Shown here: one piece after another, positions 20,467 to 30,300 of the stretch
How the letters are laid out: every line of letters begins with the position of its first letter
Position numbering within the stretch: position 1 is the first letter of the stretch
Assembly (NCBI GenBank): GCA_000091205.1
Contig: AP006487.2
Length of the DNA: 64,000 bases
Direction: 5' to 3' (one strand)
Source of the DNA: Cyanidioschyzon merolae
Taxonomy: Eukaryota
Notes under the pieces: generated by a model
The model's input: the letters and a program-made list of their open reading frames with translations, nothing else
Database searches by the model: none
Told to the model about the DNA's origin: nothing
Position numbers and translations under genes: made by a program

Positions 20467-21102
20467 TCATGAAACCGACCGCTGCTTGCGCCCCATTCGA
20501 CGGTGCGGTCGCACTGGCCGTCCGTAAAGCCGCTCTCCACGAATGTACCCGCCGGCTCCAAAGCGGCGGTTTCCGAACAGAAACCGATTCGCTTGCAACT
20601 CGGCCTCGTAGGCTTCCTGTTCCCAGAAGGCTTGCTCGCGAGCCTCTTCCCCGTCGTCTTCATCGTCGTTGACGGCGACGCCAATAGCGGCGGCAGCGGT
20701 GGCGGTAGCACTCGTTGCACCTGGCGCTTCCGCAGCGAACCACGAAGCAGTAGCTGCTGATGCTGACGCTGATGCTGACGACGTCAGGGCGTCTCCACGG
20801 CACCCTGCGTACCCGCCGTGCGCTGCGAGCCCGTAGCGTTGTACCAGCCACGGCGCTCGTCGAAGCAGTGGTAAAGGTTCCAGTTGCCAGCGTCCCGGCG
20901 CGAGAGGTGTACCGTCCAACAGCCGACGCACCAGTGCTGCCTCAAAAGCGCCCTTGCACAGCGGACATGTCGGGCGCACCGCTGCCCAGGCGATGAGGCA
21001 CAGCGCACAGAACCGGTGGCCGCACTCGGGTAAGACCAGTTGGTCGTCCTCGGGCACCTCGTCTACATAACAAATGGGACAGGAGAATGCCTCCTGTTCC
21101 AT
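20467..21102 (-). CDS. RING-finger (C3HC4-type) protein, putative E3 ubiquitin ligase
   Basis: ATG start. N-terminal CPICY...LPECGHRFCALCLIAW...CPLCK arrangement of Cys/His typical of RING domains. Rest of protein is low complexity. Confidence 0.55.
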   Translation of the reverse strand: MEQEAFSCPICYVDEVPEDDQLVLPECGHRFCALCLIAWAAVRPTCPLCKGAFEAALVRRLLDGTPLAPGRWQLEPLPLLRRAPWLVQRYGLAAHGGYAGCRGDALTSSASASASAATASWFAAEAPGATSATATAAAAIGVAVNDDEDDGEEAREQAFWEQEAYEAELQANRFLFGNRRFGAGGYIRGERLYGRPVRPHRRMGRKQRSVS

Positions 21103-21889
21103 TGCCCACCGGAAGATACCCCAGTTGGCAGGCGGGCGTCGTAGGCACGCGAGTCCAAGCGACCGTTCGGGTGCGCGCGCACGCCCGTACGCCGCTGGTG
21201 CGGCTGGGCCGCATTGTGCGCACGCTGTGGCCGCTGTGGAGCTCGCGATCTTTCGCCAACAAATGGGTGTAGGGCGCTGTAACCAACAGGTACCAAAGGT
21301 GCGTACCTGGTGGCCTGCTGCTCCGCGGAGCGAGATGCGCGCAATCGCACTGCGATTTGCAGTGTCATGCGTGGAACGATCAAATCAATGCTAACTCGAA
21401 CGGATCCCGCTGCGACCTGCGGTGCGGAGACTGAAGTTTGGGTCGATTCTTTGTGACTTGAAACAGAAGCCTTTGCGGAATATATCTGAGACTGATTTCT
21501 TTTCGTGTCGCTCGTAACTGGCTCTACATACGCGGGTGTCTGGTGCACAGCCGGCTCCGTTGTCAGCAGTGGCCGGAAGACGGTAGCGGCTGAGGTGCTG
21601 ATTTTGCAGGCCCTGGCTGACGCTGAAACCTGTCATGCATAGGCGGGGGTCGCGATCGACACCTCGCTTGCCATCTCCATGTCCTGCGCATACAGTCTCG
21701 TTGCGCCCTTCGCATCCATGATCACTGGCTGTGGTCACGTGTTGCTTCCGATCCGTGCACAGCAGCTGCTTCTCAGAGCGCCGACCTATCGCTCGTGAAT
21801 ACTCGCCTCATCGCTCGGTACATCCCCATGACGATACTGTCGGCTCGTTTCGATACCTTGTTCCGTTTTCGTGCCCGGTGCCATAACTT

Positions 21890-22300
21890 ATGATCAGGGG
21901 CTTCTTCTGGGCGATTGACGGCGCTGCATGCCGACACGCGCACGCTGTTCCATCCGATAGGCGGTTTGTGCAATGCGATGTTCACCATGATGAAACAATT
22001 ACCGTAAGCAAAATCTATACTCGTGATCCAGACAACTTTTTTCGATCCGTCAACGCTCACTTCGTCGAAAGCGCTGTCGCATTTTCCATGAGAAGCGATC
22101 TTTGCGATGATGCAAGTCCGAGAACGTTTACCACGCACACAGATGAGGCCGCCGCCTCTGCCAGCACATCCCATGAGCTGTACCAAACAGCTGTCGAATG
22201 CCGTATCGTCGATGTCCGCAAAGCGCGCAGAATTTGCCTTTCAAACGGAATCGGTTATTGAAAGTCCCAAGTCGAGTGAACGTTCGGCAGGTGTAGGTAA
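21890..22300 (+). repeat. Diverged fragment (B3) of dispersed repeat family B
   Basis: DNA and translated similarity to the 41700-41950 / 51430-51680 repeat (GFFWAIDGA... vs GFLWVDALS...; DVHHDETITVSKIYTRDPD vs DVDHDETSTTRRIQDREED). Also similar to 61060-61215 (shared tcgatgtcYgcaaag...agaatttgcYtttcaaac block). Confidence 0.5.
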
Positions 22301-23074
22301 AAAAGAGTCGCCATGCCACGACGCCGTTTCCTTTTTTGACGTGAATCCGTCGGCGCGAATTCCAGCGCCCACGAATTGCCTTGAAACAGAAGGACGGAGA
22401 ACATCAACATGCATTGATTTGACCATGCTAGTTGTGAGGAAATGTGATGCTTGATGACTCATTCGTACGCAGTCGATCATGGCACCGGTGATTCAAGAAA
22501 CCGTTGTTCAGAGGCGTTGAAAATCGAGCTAATCCGGATGACGTGACGAATCCCAGCAGCAAATCGTCAAAGGAGTGACTCCGAGAACACCCTCGGAACG
22601 CTCAAAATTAGTTATGAATCTCTCAGCCTTAATTTTTGCACGTTGCATGTCGTCGTTTTACGTGGAAAGAATTTCGTAAAAAAATCGCCATGCAGGACCA
22701 GAGCAAGCAGTTCAGTGTTCCAGGTTCAGCTACTGATATGAGCGAATGTCGTAGACTCCAGCGCACGTGCAGATGCAACGTCTATTGATGCACGGGTGGA
22801 GCGACGCGAGCGAGCTTCTCTTGAGCGAAGGCGATGCAACGCAACGTCGTCGTCCTGCCGAGCCTCATGGCATGCCGCGGACTCCACCGGGGAGCACTCA
22901 TACGAACAGACACAAACACATATACATACACTCGATGGGAATGGGTTCCAATGCGAGTATGTTTTCTGGTAAAACAGGGCGCCGTCGACAGGGTGTCTGC
23001 CCTACCATTCGCCAACGAGGTGGGCGGCAGCTTCGTCCAGGGCGCCGGCGCAAACGCTGCGGTCACTGTTTGGT

Positions 23075-24253
23075 ATGAGCAAACCAGCGGGTGGCTGTGG
23101 TGGCAGCGTCCCGGTGCCGGGCGATTGTCCCAAAAAGCTACTTTTTCTGGGTCCACGACAACTTGCAGTTGTTCCGGATGGGTCGCTGAGTCGCCCTCTG
23201 GAGCCAGACGAGGTTCGCGTCAGAGCGTTGTGCTCGGGCGTCAGCGCGGGCACGGAACTCTTGTTGTACAGGGGTCAGATTGTGGCGGACGATGCGCTGG
23301 ACGCGACCATAGCGGCGTACAAAGACCCAGATGCGGGACGGCGGGAGCATCGTAGCTTGTACCCAACGACGTTTGGCTACTGCCTCTGGGGAGAGGTGGT
23401 CGCTGTTGGGTCTGGGTTGGACCGCGAGCGCTGGGTCGGTAGCGTTGTTTTTCTCCTCGCTGGGCACGCCGAGGAGCACATTGTGAAAGCCAGTGACGTC
23501 CTTTTTTTCGCAGACGACTGGAACGGGGCCACTCGGGAGCTAGTGCTCGCTGTTCCCCAGCTGATTCCCGTCAGCGAGACGGTGACGTGCTGGCTACAGG
23601 ACGCTGCCCCGGTGCTCGGCGACCGGGTTGCAGTGGTCGGTGCTGGACTCTACGGCTCTGTGTTGGCGGTAGGCGGAGCTCTGCTTTTCCCACTGAGCAC
23701 ATGGCTCGTGGTGGAGCCAGATGCAAAACGACGGGCGCAGCTTGCTGTTGCGCTGAAAGAAGCGTCAGTCACACGTTGCCAAACGCTGGCACCCGACCAG
23801 GTTCAGGCGTACTTATCATCATCATCGTCATCAGAAACTCGCTTCGATATTGTGCTGGAGGTGTCTGGAACGACGGCGGGGCTCAATGTTGCGCTGGAAC
23901 TAGTCCGCGCCACGGGTCGAGTGATCATTGGCTCCTGGTATGGGCGCAAGGCACAGGAGGTACCGGTGGAGATGCTGGGCTCTACCCGCCTCCATCGAAG
24001 CCACGCCCAGATACTCTTCTCCCAGGTCAGTGAGATACCCCCGTGGCTCGCTGGTCGTTACGATAAGCGTCGACGATTGACAGTGGTGCAGGAATTTCTG
24101 ACGACCTTTTCCTCTGCGTTCAAGGCTATAGCTTGCACCGTTCGGAGCTTTGCGTTTGAGGAAGCACCTTACGTTTTTGGGCAGTTAGATAATGGGGCGC
24201 TATCGGACCCAGTTCGCTTCCTGTATGGGGATTCTTCAAGCGCTTTTTCCTAG
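23075..24253 (+). CDS. Medium-chain dehydrogenase/reductase (zinc-type alcohol dehydrogenase-like) superfamily protein
   Basis: ATG start. N-terminal GroES-like region (PLEPDEVRVRALCSGVSAGTELLLYRGQ). Rossmann GxGxxG motif (VAVVGAGLYGSVLAV) and the overall MDR layout. Confidence 0.55.
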   Translation: MSKPAGGCGGSVPVPGDCPKKLLFLGPRQLAVVPDGSLSRPLEPDEVRVRALCSGVSAGTELLLYRGQIVADDALDATIAAYKDPDAGRREHRSLYPTTFGYCLWGEVVAVGSGLDRERWVGSVVFLLAGHAEEHIVKASDVLFFADDWNGATRELVLAVPQLIPVSETVTCWLQDAAPVLGDRVAVVGAGLYGSVLAVGGALLFPLSTWLVVEPDAKRRAQLAVALKEASVTRCQTLAPDQVQAYLSSSSSSETRFDIVLEVSGTTAGLNVALELVRATGRVIIGSWYGRKAQEVPVEMLGSTRLHRSHAQILFSQVSEIPPWLAGRYDKRRRLTVVQEFLTTFSSAFKAIACTVRSFAFEEAPYVFGQLDNGALSDPVRFLYGDSSSAFS

Positions 24254-24689
24254 TGTCTGAGAGATTCTAATCTTTCTTTATGGTTCCGCACAGTCGCCAA
24301 TTCGCTTGCAGTATTTCGAATCGATACGCGTGGAGGTACTGAAAAGCAGTCGTATCTCAAAGCATCGTCCATATTTGGGTAACGCTGATACCTCTAAAGG
24401 TTCTAAAACCCGTGCTATCTCAAAACAAGGGACACGGCACGCCCGGCGCCTGTTCGTTCTTTGGACCCAATCAAGCATCGATACCAAAAGCAAGCCCTAT
24501 GTGGAGGCCACAAAAACGTAGAAGCATTTAGGTAGAAACTATAAACGCTCCCCTGGTATCTGGAACCCTTGCGGTATCCAGCGCGTCACATATGGCACGC
24601 TGTACGAATGCACGCCGCCCTGACCCTGCCATGCATCGACAGCAGCAGCGCGGGCGTGATTTTACTTCGATCACAAAATTCGTTTCCAG

Positions 24690-27600
24690 GGGCCATGGAT
24701 CCCAGATTGCGCGATGGGCAATGGCTCTGGGGAAAGTCTCCACGATGATGCATCCACGGCCAAGTTCCATTGCTTATACTTCCTTTCGGATGCACTGGTC
24801 GTTTCGTACGTTCTGTTGTGTGCCGAGTATCTGCCTTGATGCACCAGCAATAGCGCTTATATCCCTGGTAAGGATACAGCGCGAAGACAGAGCGGATTCT
24901 TCATACTACTGACGGCGTCGAATCGAGGAATGCTACATTTATTGACAGGGAGTCACGGCAAATTATCATTCTGGGAGTCTGCAAGCTGCGCAGACAGCAT
25001 TCTGCCTGTGGCAGCGCGAAGCGATATACTAGGAGTCCACTGCCACTAGTGCGACGTCCAGACGCAGCCTGATTGCCCCTAGTCCCAGAACAGACTGCGT
25101 TGCGGACGAGCTACGCAGATCTCTCTAAAGCACCAGCCAGTTTCGAGGCACACCGAGCACCAGCCCGGCAAACTCGTCCGGCGCGCTGCACTGTTCACCT
25201 AGAAGAAAAACTTTCGACAACATAGAATCCTTTTCCCCCTTTTAATGTTTATCACAGAGGGAGAGAAGGAATTGTAATCTCGTAAGTGGATCATAGTGAT
25301 TCTCTGTTCTTTGTTCTAAATAGTGCGGTTGATACTCGCATCTGGGAGATCTGGCCGTCACGAGGCACGACGCGCATCTCGCCGTTGAAGGGAAACACGT
25401 TTCTGATCAATACCGTGTTGCTCTAATGTACAAGTTATATTTGGGTTAAAATCATAGCGAATTATAGTCTTTCAATTCAATTCTATTTCAATTCTCAGGG
25501 GAGTGTATTCAAGTGATTTTTCGCGGTGTATATTAGAAGCTTTCAAAGAGTCTTCTTTTTCAAAAAATTAAAGAAGGAAAGATATAGAAAGGAAAGTAGA
25601 GGATCCCGGCGGGCCGTTTTCTCCGGCTGTCGGAAAGAAACGGAACGCAGTGCCAAGCAAAGAGGAACACGACAGGACGAAGAAGCGAAAGAAGGATGCC
25701 AGACGTCAAAAGCTGCGAGCAAGTCGACAGTACGACGAGATAGGAGCCAAAGCCCTTCTTCTACGCCGCAGCAAGGATCCCTAAAGCAAATAACGCATGA
25801 GGTCATCAAAAAAACGTGTCGCGTCTTACGCTATGAGTATTATAAAGGCTTCTTCAGGACTGATGCATTGTCGAAGATGTACGACAACGTGACGGAAATT
25901 CGAAGAGTCGAGGTTCCGGCAGAGTTTATCAACAGGACCTTTATTCGCCTCCTGATGGTTGGCACAGGGGAAACGCCGAGGAGAAATGAGCGAGAGCATG
26001 TCCTCCACGAAAATCACAAGGAATACCGCTTCAACGGTACTCGGCACAGGGACGGCGCGGATATCTACACATACGGTGTGAAAAGTACCTCACGAACCTG
26101 AAGAACCATTTCATAATGAGCCTCAAACGCTTCGTGATACGCGCCGTCTTTGCACTCTACCCGGGTATCTCTCGCAGAGGCAGACGGGCCAGCATCGATG
26201 GCATCACGAACGACAGCAGGAGTGAACGGGAGATCGAATTCGTCCACGAGGAGACTTCAAACCGGAGTATGAATGAAGCTTCCGTGGCCCGTGCGGCTAT
26301 GCAAGAGCACCGTGCGGTCTTAGGGCTTGTCAACCCAGCGGAAAAGATATCAGATATGAAAAAGGATGGAAAAGGTGCGATTCCCTCATCCTGCGTTATT
26401 TCGTGTCCCTGAACCGAGAGCGCGAACGCAAGGCCGATATGGCGCCGGCCCTAAAAAATCGAGAGTCGGACAAACGGAAGGCTTTCCTACGAGAGAGGCG
26501 CTTCAACGTTGTTCGGATTTGCGGGATCAAGTCGGATTTCGTGACCATCAACTCCAGCGTCCTCTACTGGATCATGAGGAAGATCAGTATAGAGTTCTGT
26601 GTAAGCAACAAGGAATTCATCGGCGAGAGCCGGGAAACGTATTGGAAGAATATCCTCGATCTGAAGCGTCTCAAAACGAGCATGCGAGGGGTATCCGCGG
26701 GGATCGTCGAAACCGATAGGGTATCCATAGGTGTTCACTGACGGCGCTTGAGGGCGGATCGCCCGGTTCCATCTTCGTTGTCACCCGTGACGGAGCATGA
26801 AGGAAAGAAGGAGGCGGATCCTGCGACGCCGGCGGTGCAGGAGAACGACCGTGTCGTTGGCACGGACCGCGGAAATACGAATACCATAATCATCGCAGTA
26901 CCCAAGCCTGGGGAAGATGGTATTGACGGCAACTTATGCGAGAAAGACACGCGACTTTTGGAGTTCGCGAGAGCGAGCTATGACCGAGAATCCGGTATAA
27001 TGAATGCCAGGAAGAAAATTGAGACATGGAATGCAGGAGTCAAGGAAGAGCTGGAAGCGATCAGCCAGGTGCCTATCCGCGGAGCGGACTTTCGAGATTT
27101 TCGGGAGCTCGTGAAAATTCGCGTTGCTCATTGCGAGGATCTGTGCAAGGGGTTTGCAAAGTACCGGCTTGGTGGGCTCGTCACCACACGAACTTGTACT
27201 GTGGGGAGCAGTGTCTATTCGCGAGCTTTTCCAACCAGCTGGGCGCCCTCAAGGAAGACGATAGTCAAAGGCTCGTAACAGCGTGTGAAGCAGAGCGCTG
27301 GGCGCCAAAACAAAAGGAGTGTACGCCCGCTCCGTCGCCACGAGCGTACAAGGAGTACGCACGGCGTTTTGTTACGATACATGTAGATGAGTTCCGAACT
27401 TCATACATACAATACGAGTTGGGGTGTCCGCTCCAGAGGGACGAGATGGAAAAGTGCCATCGACGCTCTGAGGATATAGAAAAGTACGGACCGCTGACGG
27501 AAGAGCGAATGGAAAGGAGGGCGAAAGTTCGAGGACTAGTCGCATTCGTAAGTAGAAACAGAGGCGAGAAAGGTGTGGAGTGTGCGAACCGAGACTTTAA

Positions 27601-27800
27601 TGCCGCTGTGTATATCAGGAGATGCGCAGTGCCGGAGAAGAGACCCGAGGAGTCGACGAGGGCCAACTTTGTGGGGCACCCCTATTCCCCCTCCGCCCCG
27701 AGGTGAAATTGCACGCGAATACGTTGAAACCAGCAGTAGGTGGCCAGTCAAGGAAAACGGGTAGGCGTCTGCACGCCGGTGCGTGGACATCCAGCCTACG
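24690..27800 (+). mobile_element. Most complete copy (E2) of the Fanzor/TnpB-like element: ~600-bp 5-prime repeat C, fragmented nuclease gene, and conserved 3-prime tail
   Basis: 24690-25270 matches 7215-7800. 25640-27665 is about 95% identical to the inverted copy at 47040-44975. The 3-prime tail (27690-27790, ...ttgaaaccagcagtaggtggccagtcaaggaaaacgg...) aligns with the tails of the other three copies. Confidence 0.65.
25526..27706 (+). pseudogene. Fanzor/TnpB-like RNA-guided-nuclease-family gene (RuvC-I, RuvC-II, degenerate zinc finger, RuvC-III). Either interrupted by several frame changes and one in-frame stop, or contains unannotated introns.
   Basis: Ordered ORF pieces in frames 2,1,0,0,2. 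Basic Lys/Arg/Ser-rich N-terminal segment (NLS-like). RuvC-I-like RVVGTDRGNTNTIIIAV (~26850). RuvC-II-like FVTIHVDEFRTSY (~27385). RuvC-III RDFNAAVYIRRCAVP (~27590). A frameshift near 27680 moves the conserved tail EVKLHANTLKPAVGG...RRLHAG into another frame (ORF 27622-27900). Confidence 0.6.
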
Positions 27801-27969
27801 GCCGGGCGGCGCGCTGCCCGCCACCACTGCACACCAGAAGCGCAGCGTTTGCCGCCTGGAAGAGAGTCGTTGCTGCCGGTGTTCCTCTAGTCGAGTTTAA
27901 GAGTTTGGACCGGTCGTTCCTGTAAATCTCGATGAGATTGGGATTTTAAACGGGTGGTCATCACCGCTT

Positions 27970-29220
27970 ATGAGTGCCTTCTTCGCCAAAGTTCGGGGGG
28001 CGTTCCAGAACGTAACTTCGTTTGCGGCGGACGCCAGCTACGACGAGGAGCTCAATCGCCTCATTCAGCGCTGCAAGCAGTACAAGGATGTGAACGATAT
28101 GATTATCAAGCAGGCCAAGCTATATGACACGTCGCTGCGGGACCTTTCATCCGTGGGACGTGCAGCCGGAGAAACGTACATGTCCATAGCTAGCTTTCGA
28201 AGCTTCCCTGGCGGCGCTGTCGCGGGAGAGTCAGACTTGCGGCTGGCGCAGGCGCAAGGTTCGTTTCGAACCAGGAGTATAAGCTCGCTTAGCACGGCGG
28301 ATGCCAGTGACCGGAGCACAGGAGCGGGATCCTTCTATCTGTACCGGAGCGACGAACGTCGCGTGCTAGCGCAGCTCGGCCGAGCAGAGCGCGCTGCGCA
28401 CCAGGCACAGGCTGTGTTCGCAGAACGTATTTCGGCCCCGATTATCCTCGAGGGCCGTCAGTTTAAAGAGCGGTACGATGAGTTGCGACGGCTCAAGTCG
28501 CTCTACAAACGATGTAAGCGAAGGTACATTCAGGCACAAAGAGCTCTGGCATCGGAGAAAGCGAAGCGGGTTCCTTCTATGGAAGCACAGGTGAAGCTCG
28601 TGGCCAAGCTTGCGGAGCACGAGGAAGAGTTCAAACGCGTGACAGAGAAACTGTTCGTTCACGCAAAGGCACTCGAAGATGAACATCACTATTCGGTCAT
28701 GCAACATGTTTGCGGCTTTCTATTGCACCATTACAACGCACTCGTTATCTCCTTGCGCGCTATCAAGAACGTGATCGCCATCGCAGAGAAACACATTCCG
28801 GAGAAAATTCAGCTTGAGAGGCTGGAAAGCCTTGCCATCGAATTACACAAACTCTTGCCGTCAGCGGAAGCATTTGAACACGCTGGATTGGGAGGGACGG
28901 ACGCCGTACCTAGTTTGCCGGATAGTTCCCAGAGTTCGTCTGCTGGACGTGAGGATGAGTCGGAGCTTCGTCTGCGAATACAGCGCTCGGAAGAACTACT
29001 CAGCGTGGCGAATGCCGAGTCTCAGCGGTGGAAGATGCTTTATCTCCAAGCAGAGCGAAAGAATCGCGCACTTTACCTCGAGAATCACCGTCTTAAGAAT
29101 ATGATGCATGGAGTTGATTGCTCCTCTATCCGAGACGACCGACAGTCCACTTCTTCGTTCATGTTCGATGATCAGCGGTTGATGACTGAGGCGCAGGCCC
29201 GGCGAGGTCATATCACCTAG
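27970..29220 (+). CDS. Coiled-coil protein, possibly BAR-domain-like; function unknown
   Basis: 416-aa ORF with ATG start. N-terminal MSAFFAKVRGAFQNVT...DEELNRLIQRCKQYKDVNDMIIKQAKLYDTSLRDL resembles the N-terminal helices of BAR/amphiphysin-type proteins. Long heptad-like segments follow. No firm family assignment. Confidence 0.35.
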   Translation: MSAFFAKVRGAFQNVTSFAADASYDEELNRLIQRCKQYKDVNDMIIKQAKLYDTSLRDLSSVGRAAGETYMSIASFRSFPGGAVAGESDLRLAQAQGSFRTRSISSLSTADASDRSTGAGSFYLYRSDERRVLAQLGRAERAAHQAQAVFAERISAPIILEGRQFKERYDELRRLKSLYKRCKRRYIQAQRALASEKAKRVPSMEAQVKLVAKLAEHEEEFKRVTEKLFVHAKALEDEHHYSVMQHVCGFLLHHYNALVISLRAIKNVIAIAEKHIPEKIQLERLESLAIELHKLLPSAEAFEHAGLGGTDAVPSLPDSSQSSSAGREDESELRLRIQRSEELLSVANAESQRWKMLYLQAERKNRALYLENHRLKNMMHGVDCSSIRDDRQSTSSFMFDDQRLMTEAQARRGHIT

Positions 29221-30099
29221 CGAGCATCATGTGCATCATCGTACTAGTCCGGGGCGCGAGCGTGCTTCCAGACGCAGCAGAGGCGCCCGCGACTCCGCTT
29301 GTGCAGAAGGACGCCGCGCTGCGCTCCACTTCACCGCGTGAATAGCGATGCGGCCGATTTCCGTTCCTCGGCCATCACCCGGACCTGACATGGCATTACT
29401 TGTCCAAGACTGCTTTCATGGACGGGTGCATGTCACCAGGAGTAACGCGTGCTGTGTTTGAGCAGAGAGCAGAGCCTGAGGCAGGTTCCGGGTACTGCGG
29501 CAAGTTCGTGACATCGCTCTACTGGAGCGTGTTACAAGCGGTAGAACCGAATCGCCCCTTGTCAATGAAAAGCAAACGCTTTCGGGTTGGGTAACAATCT
29601 AGAAATCAGGTACAGGAAAGCTCCATGACCGCGATGCGACCTATATTGGTTCGTTTGCACGCGGTGTCGTATTCGCTGTGGCTCCTCGGGCAGTGCAGTC
29701 GTGAGCAGAGCGCAATTTCGCGGACGACACCGGCACATGGAAGCAGTACCCCATTTCCTGGAAATGGAAGCCATAACAAACACGCGAGTCCACCGAAGAA
29801 CGTCAACACGTTCTCACTCCATGCAGATGTCAACATCGGATTCTCCCACACAAAGCGGACCTCGCGCTTTCGTTCGCTCTACGGTGTGTTTCGGGATGAG
29901 AAAGGGAATGGAGGCTGAAGGGCGTCCCAGAAACGCGCGCTCTCTTCTGACGAGGTCTCACGGTACCTTGAGCACCGGAGACAGCTACGACTGCAGTCTT
30001 GAACCAAAACCGAGAGAGCACTGTTACGTCGAGAGTGTCCGCATGAGAGATGCGGCCTTGTAGTACGATCGGTTTGGTTTTAGTCAAAGAACGACCCCT

Positions 30100-30300
30100 A
30101 CAAAGAGCTATCGAGTACCGAATAGTGTAAAGATTCAGATGAGAACTCTAGATACCCGCCTTTGTTTTCCTCCGGCTGTTGTCGACTGAGCAACCAGATT
30201 TGAAGCGTGAAACCACGCGTGCGGTGAGCCATCGAGTACCGACTGGGTGCAAAGGTTCAGATGAGAACTCGAGATCGACCCCTTGATTTTCTCTAGTTAT
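30100..30300. repeat. Two-copy tandem duplication, ~126-bp unit, diverged
   Basis: atcgagtaccgaatagtgtaaagattcagatgagaactctagatacccgcctttgttttcctc (30106-30170) recurs as atcgagtaccgactgggtgcaaaggttcagatgagaactcgagatcgaccccttgattttctc (30230-30295). Confidence 0.6.

Noticed and set aside
24690-27800. Possibility that the TnpB-like sequences are bacterial IS200/IS605 contamination
   Set aside because: Flanking genes are eukaryotic (spliced calmodulin, SMC4, Thf1 with transit peptide) and contiguous with the elements. The copies are fragmentary and dispersed, with a eukaryote-style basic N-terminal region and RuvC-II/TS arrangement. No bacterial genes nearby.
27781-27900. agcctacggcc... resembles the first 10 nt of 5S rRNA
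   Set aside because: No match to the remainder of 5S (no gatctcgtctgatctcggaagc-type core). The segment is part of the E2 element tail and flank.
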